A DNA stretch of 64,000 bases from contig CAZSRU010000003.1 in the NCBI GenBank assembly GCA_964609395.1, forward strand, positions 19,635 to 83,634. Reading direction: 5' to 3'. The translations under genes and the position numbers were made by a program. Under the pieces are notes generated by a model that made no database searches, was not told the origin of the DNA, and was given only the letters and a program-made list of their open reading frames with translations. Below, in pieces: positions 40,265 through 49,094 of this stretch (positions are counted from its first letter, which is position 1; each line of letters begins with the position of its first letter). Source of the stretch: an uncultured Victivallales bacterium. Lineage in GTDB: Bacteria > Verrucomicrobiota > Kiritimatiellia > UBA8416.

Positions 40265-41602
40265 ATGTGGGCTCTGTATAATATCTTGTTTGCGATCGGG
40301 TATCTGGTGTTGCTGCCGATGTTCCTGCTGCGGATGCGGCGGCGCGGGGGCTACCGGCAGGACTTCGGAGAGCGGTTCGGCTGCTACACGCCTGCCAAGC
40401 GGGCGGCGTTGGCCACGGGCGGGCGGATATGGGTGCACGCGGTCAGCGTGGGCGAGGCGCTGGTGGCTCTGTCGTTCATCCAGGCGGTACGCGGGACGCG
40501 GCCGGATGCGCGGTTTGTCATCAGTACCACCACTTCCACCGGCCACGCGCTGCTGGCGGCCCGCAAGGCGTCCGATGACCTGCTGATCTATTATCCGCTC
40601 GACTTCCCCTGGATCGCGCGGCGGGTGGCCCGGCTGATCCGCCCTTCGATGCTGGTGCTGACCGAATGCGAGCTCTGGCCGAACCTGCTGCGGGCGCTTG
40701 ACCGGCTGCAGGTGCCCGTGGTGGTGATCAACGGTCGTATATCCGAGTCCTCCTACCGGGGCTATTGCCGGGTGCGGTTGTTCTTCCGCCGGGCGGCGGT
40801 CTGGGTCCGGCATTTCCTGGTGCAGACCGGGACCGATGCGCAGCGGTTGGCCGATCTGGGGGTGCCTGCGGAAAAGCTGACGGTGACGGGGTCGGTCAAG
40901 TTCGACGCGCCGCTGGCGGGGGCCGAGACGGAGGCTCGCGCGTGGGCGATCGTGCAGGCGGCGGGGATGCAGGCGCAAGGGCGGTTCTGGGTGGCGGGGT
41001 CGACCTGGCCCGGCGAGGAAGCAGCCGTGCTGGCGATTTTTAAACGGTTGCGCGAGCGGTTCGGGGAGCTACAGTTGATCCTGGTGCCGCGTCACATGGA
41101 GCGGCGGCAGGAGGTCGTCCAGCAGGTGGAAGCCAGCGGGCTGTCCTATGTCCTGCGCAGTGCCATGCCGTCGGATACCACGACGGTGGCTGCGGCAGAC
41201 GGGGAGGAAGCGCCAGCGGTGCTGGTGGCGGATACGACCGGCGAGCTTTTCGGCTATTACAGCATCGCCACGCTGGTGTTTGTCGGCAAGAGCCTCGGCG
41301 AGAATCATGGCGGCCAGAACCCGATCGAGCCGGCGGCACTCTCGAAGCCTGTGATCGTGGGGCCGAACATGGAGAATTTCGCGGGGGTGATCGACGAGCT
41401 GCTGGCGGCGGAAGCGCTGGTGCAGGTGCCTGACGCGGCGGCTCTGGAGGCGGTTTGCACGCGCCTGCTGGCGGACGACGCCGAACGTACCGCCCTGGGT
41501 GACCGCGCCGGGGCGCTCGTGGCCGCCCGCCGTGGTGGCATGGCGCGCACCGTGGCCGAGGCCCTTGCCTTTGGCCGGATTGCAGGCGGGCTCGCGAATT
41601 AA
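40265..41602 (+). CDS. waaA: 3-deoxy-D-manno-octulosonic acid (Kdo) transferase
   Basis: IWVHAVSVGE, TTTSTG, YYPLD, TECELWPN, VINGRISESS, AGSTWPGEE, LVPRH, DTTGEL, GGQNPIEPA. Confidence 0.95.
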   Translation: MWALYNILFAIGYLVLLPMFLLRMRRRGGYRQDFGERFGCYTPAKRAALATGGRIWVHAVSVGEALVALSFIQAVRGTRPDARFVISTTTSTGHALLAARKASDDLLIYYPLDFPWIARRVARLIRPSMLVLTECELWPNLLRALDRLQVPVVVINGRISESSYRGYCRVRLFFRRAAVWVRHFLVQTGTDAQRLADLGVPAEKLTVTGSVKFDAPLAGAETEARAWAIVQAAGMQAQGRFWVAGSTWPGEEAAVLAIFKRLRERFGELQLILVPRHMERRQEVVQQVEASGLSYVLRSAMPSDTTTVAAADGEEAPAVLVADTTGELFGYYSIATLVFVGKSLGENHGGQNPIEPAALSKPVIVGPNMENFAGVIDELLAAEALVQVPDAAALEAVCTRLLADDAERTALGDRAGALVAARRGGMARTVAEALAFGRIAGGLAN

Positions 41603-41695
41603 CTTTTAAAGACGGGCGATTGCGGGTAAAACAAGAGCGTTTCCAGTGCGTTCCGGTTTTTACTTTCTCAACCCTTTCAGTTTCGAGGAATTATC

Positions 41696-43369
41696 ATGGC
41701 AGGCGAATATGTATTCCAGTTGGAGCGGATCAGCAAGCAGCACGGCGGGACGACGATTCTTGACGACATCACCCTGGCGTTCTTCTTCGGGGCGCGGATC
41801 GGAATGATCGGTGGCAATGGCTCGGGCAAATCGAGCCTGCTGCGGGTGATGGCGGGGGTGGATAGCGATTTCATGGGCGAGCGGATCGTGGCCAAGCGGG
41901 CACGGATCGGGTATCTGGAGCAGGAGCCGCAGCTTGATCTCGGCAAAACGGTGCAGGACATCGTCAACGAGGGCGTGGTCGTGCAGCGGGCCAAGCTGGA
42001 TCGCTACGACGAGATCTGCGGGAAGCTCGGCGACGAGATGACCGAGGCGGAGTCGTCCGCGATGAACGACGAGTTCGACCGTTTGCAGAACGAGATCGAC
42101 AGCGAGGGCCTCTGGGAGCTTGATCACCATGTGGAAATGGCGATGGAGGCCTTGCGCCTGCCGGAGGCCGATACGCCGGTGAAGACGCTTTCCGGTGGCG
42201 AGAAGCGCCGGGTGGCGCTCTGCCGCCTGCTGCTGCAGAATCCGGATGTGCTGCTGCTCGACGAGCCGACCAACCATCTCGATGCCGAGTCCGTCGGCTG
42301 GCTGGAGGAGCATCTCAAGCGCTTCAAGGGTACGCTGATCGTCGTGACGCACGACCGCTATTTCCTGACGAACGTGACCGAGTGGATACTGGAACTGGAT
42401 GCCGGGCGGGCCTTCCCGTACAAGGGCAACTACGAGGCATGGCTTGTGCAGAAGCAGATCCAGTCCGAGCAGCGCGGGAAGACCAACGCCTCACGCCGCA
42501 AGCTTCTCAACGACGAGCTTGAATGGGTGCGCATGAACGCCTCCAGCCGCCTGACCAAGAACAAGGCGCGCCTGAAGCGCTACGAGGAACTAGCCGGTCA
42601 GGAGTTCGACACGCGCGAGGAGGAACTGACCATCCGGATCCCGCACGGGCGGCGCCTGGGCAACCAGGTGGTCGAGGCCAAGGGACTGACCAAGGCGTAT
42701 GGCGACCGCATCATCATGGAGAATGTCAGCTTCACCCTGCCGCCGGGCGGGATTGTCGGCGTGATCGGCGGCAACGGTGCCGGCAAGACCACGCTGTTCC
42801 GCATGATTACCGGCGAGGAGGCCCCCACGGCGGGCTCGCTGGTGATCGGCGCCAGCGTGGATATCGCCTACGTCAGCCAGTTGCGCGACGATCTCTCGCC
42901 GACTCATAACGTATGGGAGGAAATCAGTGGCGGCATGGAAACGATCGAGGTCGGCGGCAAGCTGATGAACAGCCGGGCCTACTGTTCGCGTTTCAATTTC
43001 CGCGGGGCGGACCAGCAGCAGAAGGTGGGTGTGCTCTCCGGCGGCGAACGCAACCGTGTGCACCTGGCGAAGCTGCTCAAGAGCGGTGGCAACCTGCTGC
43101 TGCTGGACGAGCCGTCGAACGATCTGGATATCAACACGCTGCGCTCGCTCGAGGACGGGCTGATCAACTTCGGCGGCTGTGCGGTGGTGATCAGTCATGA
43201 CCGCTGGTTCCTGGACCGGATCGCGACGCACATCCTAGCCTTCGAGGGGGATAGCGAGGTCATCTGGTTCGAGGGCAATTACCAGTCGTTCTGCGATTGG
43301 CGCCGCCGTGAGAAGGGCGATGACTGGCAGCCGCACCGGGTGCGTTACCGGCCCGTGCGGCCGGTGTAG
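41696..43369 (+). CDS. ettA: Energy-dependent translational throttle A (ABC-F)
   Basis: Two ABC domains (GGNGSGKS and GGNGAGKT), LSGGEKRRVALCRLLL, LDEPTNHLDAESV, HDRWFLDRIATHILAFEGD. Confidence 0.93.
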   Translation: MAGEYVFQLERISKQHGGTTILDDITLAFFFGARIGMIGGNGSGKSSLLRVMAGVDSDFMGERIVAKRARIGYLEQEPQLDLGKTVQDIVNEGVVVQRAKLDRYDEICGKLGDEMTEAESSAMNDEFDRLQNEIDSEGLWELDHHVEMAMEALRLPEADTPVKTLSGGEKRRVALCRLLLQNPDVLLLDEPTNHLDAESVGWLEEHLKRFKGTLIVVTHDRYFLTNVTEWILELDAGRAFPYKGNYEAWLVQKQIQSEQRGKTNASRRKLLNDELEWVRMNASSRLTKNKARLKRYEELAGQEFDTREEELTIRIPHGRRLGNQVVEAKGLTKAYGDRIIMENVSFTLPPGGIVGVIGGNGAGKTTLFRMITGEEAPTAGSLVIGASVDIAYVSQLRDDLSPTHNVWEEISGGMETIEVGGKLMNSRAYCSRFNFRGADQQQKVGVLSGGERNRVHLAKLLKSGGNLLLLDEPSNDLDINTLRSLEDGLINFGGCAVVISHDRWFLDRIATHILAFEGDSEVIWFEGNYQSFCDWRRREKGDDWQPHRVRYRPVRPV

Positions 43370-43459
43370 GGAATGGGATCGTTCAAGCGGGTCGTTTAAG
43401 GGTATCCGAGTAAGGGTGGCGTTTAAGTGTGGGGTTAAGTGTGTATGCACGTATTGAAG

Positions 43460-43484
43460 GTCTGCAGTCTGTAGTCTGCAGTCT
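43460..43484 (+). repeat. Tandem heptamer (GTCTGYA) x3.5
   Basis: gtctgca gtctgta gtctgca gtct just upstream of the AAGGAGG SD of the next gene. Confidence 0.85.
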
Positions 43485-43501
43485 TCTATAAGGAGGGCGC
43501 G

Positions 43502-44911
43502 ATGGACATGACGCTGACGTTTCTGGGCGGGGCGGAGAATGTGACGGGATCGAGTCATCTGCTGGAGGCCAACGGGCAGCGGATCCTGGTCGACTGCGGT
43601 TTCTACCAGGAGCGTGCGCTTCTGCACCGCAACTGGGAACCGTTCGCCGTTCCGCCAGCCAGCATTGATGCCGTGGTGCTGACGCATGCCCATCTCGATC
43701 ATTGCGGCCTGCTGCCGAAGCTCGTCAAGGACGGTTTTGCGGGGCCGGTGTACGCGACCGACGCCTCTGCCGATATCGCCGAGATCGTGATGCGCGATGC
43801 CGCCAAGATCCAGGCCGAGGATGCCGCGTTCAAGAAACGCCGTCACGAGCGCGAGGGGCGTGGGAGCCCGTTCGGCTACGAGCCGCTTTTCACCCCCGAG
43901 GATGTCGAACGTGTGTTGCCACTGCTGCAGCGTGTGCGTTATGGCAAGGAGCAGAAGATCGGCACCGGGCTGAATATGACGCTCAACAATGCGGGGCATA
44001 TTCTCGGGTCCGCCTCGGTGTTGCTGGAGGCGACGCGGCACGGCACCTCGAGGCGGGTGCTCTTTTCGGGCGATGTCGGGCGTCCCGGCACGCCGATCCT
44101 GCGCGATTTCGTCCAGACCGAGGAGTCGGCGGACTATGTGTGTATCGAATCCACCTATGGCGACCGAGTCCACAAGCAGTCCGGCAGCATCTCGGAAACC
44201 CTGATCCGCGTGGTGAACGCGGCAGTCAAGGCCGGTGGCAATATCGTGATTCCCAGTTTCGCCATCGAGCGTACCCAGGAACTGTTGTACCGGCTGGGCG
44301 GGTTGCTCGCGAAGAACCTGATCCCTGAAATCCCGGTCTTCGTGGACAGCCCAATGGCGGTGAAGGTGACCGAGGTGTTCAAGCGCCATCCTGAACTGTT
44401 TGATGCCGCGACCATGGAGCGGATCGAGCGCGGTGAGCATCCGTGTGATTTCAAGGGGTTGCGGCTGACTCGGTCGGTCGAGGAATCCAAGGCCATCAAC
44501 AACCGCAGTGGCACGTCGATCATCATCGCGGGATCGGGCATGTGCACCGGCGGCCGGATCAAGCACCACCTGGCGAACAACCTCGGGCGGCCCGAGAGCA
44601 CGATCCTGTTCGTTGGCTACCAGGCTGAAGGGACGCTCGGGCGCCAACTGCTCGAAGGGGCGCACCGGGTGCGGTTGTTCGGGCAGATGCACGATGTCAT
44701 GGCTCGCCTGGAGAAGGTCAACGGCATGAGCGCGCACGCGGACCGCAGCGAGTTGCTCGCGTGGCTGAAGGCCTTGAAGACGCCGCCATCGGAAGTGTTC
44801 GTGATCCACGGCGAGAAAAAGGCGTCCGCGGCGTTTGCCGAGACGGTCACCCGAGAGCTCGGATGGAAGAGCAGCGTGGCAACCTACCAGCGGGAGGTTG
44901 TTCTGGCTTGA
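43502..44911 (+). CDS. MBL-fold beta-CASP metallo-hydrolase (putative RNase)
   Basis: VTGSSHL, DCGFYQ, THAHLDHCG, NAGHILGS, ESTYGDR, GMCTGGRI, SAHAD, HGE. Confidence 0.92.
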   Translation: MDMTLTFLGGAENVTGSSHLLEANGQRILVDCGFYQERALLHRNWEPFAVPPASIDAVVLTHAHLDHCGLLPKLVKDGFAGPVYATDASADIAEIVMRDAAKIQAEDAAFKKRRHEREGRGSPFGYEPLFTPEDVERVLPLLQRVRYGKEQKIGTGLNMTLNNAGHILGSASVLLEATRHGTSRRVLFSGDVGRPGTPILRDFVQTEESADYVCIESTYGDRVHKQSGSISETLIRVVNAAVKAGGNIVIPSFAIERTQELLYRLGGLLAKNLIPEIPVFVDSPMAVKVTEVFKRHPELFDAATMERIERGEHPCDFKGLRLTRSVEESKAINNRSGTSIIIAGSGMCTGGRIKHHLANNLGRPESTILFVGYQAEGTLGRQLLEGAHRVRLFGQMHDVMARLEKVNGMSAHADRSELLAWLKALKTPPSEVFVIHGEKKASAAFAETVTRELGWKSSVATYQREVVLA

Positions 44912-45003
44912 GCTATTTCTGCAGGCTTGCCGTTGGCGTTGAATTCGGGCAGACTACAAAGCTTTTGAAAGTGATTAGATGAACGTGTTTTCAGGATCGG
45001 GTG

Positions 45004-45810
45004 ATGAGCGATACAAGCGATAAAGCGAAAAGCGGCGAGACAGAGTGCATGCTGCGGTTCGAGAACGTGCGTAAGGCGTTCGGACCGGCGCAGGTGCTCG
45101 ACGGGCTGTCGTTTGATATCCGCCAGGGTGAGATCTTCGTGATCCTGGGTCCTTCGGGAACGGGCAAGAGCGTCACTCTCAAGCACATGGTGCGGCTGCT
45201 GACGCCCGATGAGGGCAACATCTACGTCCGGGGCGATTGTGTAAACGCGGCTTCGGGGCGAGACCTCGAACGGATACGCGAACGGTTCGGTTATCTTTTC
45301 CAAGGCGGGGCGCTGCTGGCCTGGATGAGCGTGGGGGAGAATATCGCCCTGCCGCTGCGGGAAAGGACCAGGATGACCGAGGCCGAGATCAAGGCGCGTG
45401 TGGCCGAGGTGCTCGAGATGGTCGAGATGGGCGGTGATGGCGATAAGCGCCCCTCGGAAATCTCGGGGGGCATGCGGAAGCGCGCAGGGCTGGCCAGGGC
45501 GATCGTGACCAGTCCGGAGATCGTCCTCTACGACGAGCCGACATCGGGTCTGGACCCCGTCACCTCGCGCACGATCGATGCGCTGATCGCCCGGTTGCGC
45601 GACGAGCTGAACATTACCAGCGTGGTGGTCACGCATGACCTGCACAGCGCGTTGACAATCGCCAACCGGATTGCCATGCTGCAAGGCGGCAAGATTATTG
45701 AGATATCGACACCGGAAGCGTTCATACGGTCGGAACATCCCGAGGTAAAACGTTTCCTGGAGTCGCAGTTCATCACCACAAGCGGGGTATGGGAGGATAA
45801 GGACATATGA
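45004..45810 (+). CDS. mlaF: MlaF/Mkl-type ABC transporter ATP-binding protein
   Basis: GPSGTGKS, YLFQGGAL, EISGGMRKRAGLARAI, YDEPTSGLDP. Followed by an MCE gene. Start at 45001 or 45004. Confidence 0.85.
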   Translation: MSDTSDKAKSGETECMLRFENVRKAFGPAQVLDGLSFDIRQGEIFVILGPSGTGKSVTLKHMVRLLTPDEGNIYVRGDCVNAASGRDLERIRERFGYLFQGGALLAWMSVGENIALPLRERTRMTEAEIKARVAEVLEMVEMGGDGDKRPSEISGGMRKRAGLARAIVTSPEIVLYDEPTSGLDPVTSRTIDALIARLRDELNITSVVVTHDLHSALTIANRIAMLQGGKIIEISTPEAFIRSEHPEVKRFLESQFITTSGVWEDKDI

Positions 45811-46715
45811 AGAAGGACTGGCGCGAGCGGGAATTGACCATGGAGGTCGTGGTCGGTGCTTTCCTAGTCATGGTATTCCTGGGGCTGGGCTACTTTACGA
45901 TCATTCTCTCGAAAGAGGCGCTTTTCCGGAAGACTTCGGAGATGCAGGTGACGTTTCCGGATGTGATGGGCCTGCGGGTCGGCGACAATGTCGTGGTCCG
46001 AGGGATGCCGATCGGCAAGGTCAAGGCGCTGGAGTTGCTGGATGAGAACGGGGATTGCGCGGGTGTTTGCACGACGCTGTCGCTCGACAAGCCCCTGGTG
46101 ATGCATGACGGGTACATTGCCAGGATCGTGACCACGTCGATCCTGGGCGGGCGGCAGATGCAGATCGACACCGGGCCGTCCGATGCGCCGGTGGTTGAAC
46201 TGGAGCGGTATCGAGGCCAGGCACCGTATGACCTGATGGAGGATGCCGCCGAGATCGTCAATGCCGCACGGGAACAGATCATTGAAGGCAGGGTGTTCGA
46301 GAAAATCAGGAATGTGGCCGACCAGATCGATCAGATCGTGACGCGCGTCAATGCCGGGCAGGGGCTGCTTGGAAAGGTGCTCTCCGATGACGAGACGATC
46401 TACCGCGACCTGCAGGCCAGTGCGGCCTCCCTGCGGGATGTCATGCAGCGCCTGCAGGATGGTGAAGGGGCGATTGGCAAGCTGCTTTCGGGGGACTCTA
46501 CACTCTACAACGATCTGGCGGCGACGATTGAGTCGGCCCGGCAGGTCGCCGAGCGGTTGAGCCGCGGGGAGGGGACGCTGGGACGGCTTCTCGCGGATGA
46601 TTCCCTGTACAATGAGCTTGAGTCCACGGTCGGCGAGGTTCGGGCGGCCGTCGATGACTTCCGTGAGACGGCCCCGGTCACCACATTCTCCAGCATTTTC
46701 TTTGGTGCGTTCTAA
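45807..46715 (+). CDS. mlaD: MlaD/MCE family protein
   Basis: N-terminal TM VVVGAFLVMVFLGLGYFTII, GLRVGDNVVVRGMPIGKV, helical tail with GTLGRLL. Confidence 0.88.
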   Translation: MKKDWRERELTMEVVVGAFLVMVFLGLGYFTIILSKEALFRKTSEMQVTFPDVMGLRVGDNVVVRGMPIGKVKALELLDENGDCAGVCTTLSLDKPLVMHDGYIARIVTTSILGGRQMQIDTGPSDAPVVELERYRGQAPYDLMEDAAEIVNAAREQIIEGRVFEKIRNVADQIDQIVTRVNAGQGLLGKVLSDDETIYRDLQASAASLRDVMQRLQDGEGAIGKLLSGDSTLYNDLAATIESARQVAERLSRGEGTLGRLLADDSLYNELESTVGEVRAAVDDFRETAPVTTFSSIFFGAF

Positions 46716-46990
46716 TGATTGAGAAGAAAGCCATCATACAGAACGCGCAGGGGATCCATTGCCGCCCGTCGGCCATGATCATCCGCTTCGTCAACAGCTA
46801 CGAGGGGGATATCCTGGTGCGCACGGACCGAGGCGCGACCAGCCTGCGCTCGATCCTGGAGTTGATGTCGCTGGAATTGTATCCGGGCTCGGAAGTCACC
46901 ATCCAGGTCAACGGGCCGGACGAGGCCGAATTCTGCCACGACCTGGTCGCCCTTTTCGAGACGCACTTCGATTTCCCCCCGATCGGGTAG
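46715..46990 (+). CDS. HPr family phosphocarrier protein
   Basis: NAQGIHCRPSA (His15 motif), RSILELMSL (Ser46 region), GPDE. The start overlaps the mlaD stop (TAATG). Confidence 0.9.
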   Translation: MIEKKAIIQNAQGIHCRPSAMIIRFVNSYEGDILVRTDRGATSLRSILELMSLELYPGSEVTIQVNGPDEAEFCHDLVALFETHFDFPPIG

Positions 46991-47195
46991 CGCCCACCCG
47001 CATCTAATCCCCCGCTGAATATTGAAAAGGGTGCAAAGGGTTCAGCGTACTGGTATTGCAAGGGTCGGTGGGTGAGAGTCCAAGCGTGTCAATTAAGCCA
47101 CAACTAGCTGTCGAATCGTTGTTTACCGAGAACGTCGCCGTTTTTCCTTGGAGGGAGAGCGTCCTCGCGAGCCGTACCGAGCAAAGGTAATATCG

Positions 47196-47219
47196 GTCGG
47201 GCAAGGGTGCCCGACTTAC
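47196..47219 (-). repeat. REP-like hairpin directly after the dtd stop codon
   Basis: Minus strand reads GTAA-GTCGGGCA-CCCT-TGCCCGAC. The TAA is the dtd stop codon. Confidence 0.65.
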
Positions 47220-47677
47220 GGTAAAGCAGCCGAATCGGACGATAGTTCGATGGTCACCGGGCCGTCGTTGATCAGTTCCACTTGCATGCTGGCCCCGAAC
47301 CGTCCGGTAGCGACCTTGGCGATTCCCGGTTGCCGGGCCAGTTCCGCGACATAGGTGTTGTAAAGCGTTTCGGCGATCGCCGGGTCGCCTGCGCGGATGA
47401 AGCTGGGGCGGTTGCCCTTGCGGGTGTCGGCATAAAGCGTGAACTGCGAGATGACCAGCGCCTCCCCGCCGATGTCCGCAAGCGAGCGGTTCATTCGTCC
47501 TTCGTCGTCCGGGAAAATCCGCAGCGTGGCGCTCCGCTGCGCCAGCTTCAGGGCATCTGTCTGGGTATCGCCCGTGCGCACCCCGACCAGCACGACGAGC
47601 CCTCGGCCGATCTGGCCGATGGTTTCGCCGTCAACCGAGACCGAGCCGCTGGCGGCCCGCTGGATCAGGACTTTCAT
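47216..47677 (-). CDS. dtd: D-aminoacyl-tRNA deacylase
   Basis: MKVLIQRA, IGRGLVVLVGV, SQFTLYAD..KGNRPSF, TGRFGASMQVELINDGPVT. Confidence 0.97.
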   Translation of the reverse strand: MKVLIQRAASGSVSVDGETIGQIGRGLVVLVGVRTGDTQTDALKLAQRSATLRIFPDDEGRMNRSLADIGGEALVISQFTLYADTRKGNRPSFIRAGDPAIAETLYNTYVAELARQPGIAKVATGRFGASMQVELINDGPVTIELSSDSAALP

Positions 47678-47681
47678 GTGT

Positions 47682-48479
47682 CTATTCCTTTACCGGATGG
47701 AAGAGCATGTCGGGGAATGACCCGAACGGGATACCGTTGCGCAGCACGAAGGTGCCGGGGGCATAGTCCGGCGAATCCGGGGTGGCGGTATAGAAGCGGT
47801 TGGTGTTGCCAGAGGCGACAAAAATGCCGTCGCCGCCGATATCCTCGACGCGGCGCGAGCGATAGCGCAGGTAGGTCGGCACATAGATCTCGTCGTGCCC
47901 GCACCAACCGAGGCGATAGCCCCGGTGCAGCAGGCGGCAGGTCTCGCGCGAGTAGCGGGAGAGCGATAGGCAGGCCTTGGTCAGCGGTAGCGGGCGCCGG
48001 CAGAACCAGGGGCGTTTGAAGAGGCGCACCCAGCGACCGCGGCAGTCCAGCGGGCGCTCCTGGATAATGAGCGCCAGCAGATCGGCATCGTTCCGCGAGA
48101 ACGCATCGAAGAAGGTATGCCAGTCGCCGGAGAAACGGACGTCGTACTCCACGCGCCAGAGATGCTCGTACACGGGATGCAACCGTGAGAACTGAATATA
48201 GATCATCGACATGTTACCGGGCACGAGACCGCCGCTCTCGTGACAGGCGGTCATGTCGTAATGCCGGGCGATCTGCTGCACACGGAACAGGAACACCTGC
48301 ACACCTTGCGGAATGCGGGTGTGAAGCGGATTGAGTTCCCAGTCGGCGTGCGAATTGTCGTAGCACAACCAGACGTCGAAACCCGGCGGACAGGTCGCGC
48401 GCAGATGGCGCACCTCGTCCAGCCAGGCTTCGGTCAGGCTGTGCCCTGTCGAGAGTACGGCGGTTCCTGGCGACCTCAT
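47682..48479 (-). CDS. Hypothetical protein, possibly GT-A-like (DUF3405-like)
   Basis: LWRVEYDVRFSGDW, GHDEIYVPT, C-terminal LFHPVK. Family resemblance recognised by eye only. Confidence 0.55.
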   Translation of the reverse strand: MRSPGTAVLSTGHSLTEAWLDEVRHLRATCPPGFDVWLCYDNSHADWELNPLHTRIPQGVQVFLFRVQQIARHYDMTACHESGGLVPGNMSMIYIQFSRLHPVYEHLWRVEYDVRFSGDWHTFFDAFSRNDADLLALIIQERPLDCRGRWVRLFKRPWFCRRPLPLTKACLSLSRYSRETCRLLHRGYRLGWCGHDEIYVPTYLRYRSRRVEDIGGDGIFVASGNTNRFYTATPDSPDYAPGTFVLRNGIPFGSFPDMLFHPVKE

Positions 48480-48481
48480 GC

Positions 48482-48940
48482 CTAGCCGAGGGCGAGGATG
48501 GAGAAGACCATTACGAAGATGGCGACCGTCTCGATGATGCCGAGGGCCGCCAGGTAGTTCGTGAATCCTTCGCCCGTCTCGGCCAGCGCGTCACTGGCGG
48601 CGGCACCGGCGCGGCCCTGCAGCCAGGCCGAGAGACCCAGGCCCATGCCGGCAAGCAAGCCGGCGATGAGCAGTCCCTGCCACGGGTGCCCCGCCTCGAT
48701 CCTCGTCTTCATGGAGAACATCAGCACGATGCCGTAGATGGTCTGCGAAAGCGGGGCGCCGACGAACGTCAGGAGCATGAACGGGGCGGCCTTGCCGTGG
48801 GCATAGCACTTCTTCCATGCACCGATCGATGCCGCCGCCGCCGTGCTCGCGCCGAGCGCCGAACCGAACGCCGCCATCACCAGTGCCGCGATACTCCCCA
48901 CCTGTCCCATAGCCGTGTTGAAACTGATTGCTTCATCCAT
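48482..48940 (-). CDS. ntpK: V-type ATP synthase subunit K (proteolipid)
   Basis: Four-TM proteolipid; GSALG, PLSQTIYG, WLQGRAGAAA, GIIETVAIF. Confidence 0.93.
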   Translation of the reverse strand: MDEAISFNTAMGQVGSIAALVMAAFGSALGASTAAAASIGAWKKCYAHGKAAPFMLLTFVGAPLSQTIYGIVLMFSMKTRIEAGHPWQGLLIAGLLAGMGLGLSAWLQGRAGAAASDALAETGEGFTNYLAALGIIETVAIFVMVFSILALG

Positions 48941-49011
48941 GATCTCTCTCCTTCTGTTTTCGTTTAACCGTTTTGCCTATAACTTTGCCATTTTGTCACA
49001 CTTGTCGGTGG

Positions 49012-49084
49012 ACGACTACGGCGACGACTACGGATTACAATTCGATCTTGCGCATGCGTCAACCGTAGTCGTCGCCGTAGTCGT
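49012..49084. repeat. Perfect 22-bp-arm inverted repeat between V-ATPase I and K genes (CGACTA hexamer family)
   Basis: ACGACTACGGCGACGACTACGG (49012-49033) and CCGTAGTCGTCGCCGTAGTCGT (49063-49084). Confidence 0.92.
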
Positions 49085-49094
49085 TTTCCGATTT

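Noticed and set aside
40074-40586. 170-aa ORF overlapping the waaA start
   Set aside because: It is out of frame with waaA, has Cys/Arg-rich non-protein-like composition, and has no motif.
38501-49084. Repeats as a possible CRISPR array
   Set aside because: There are no regularly spaced identical direct repeats with unique spacers and no cas genes. The elements are isolated hairpins.
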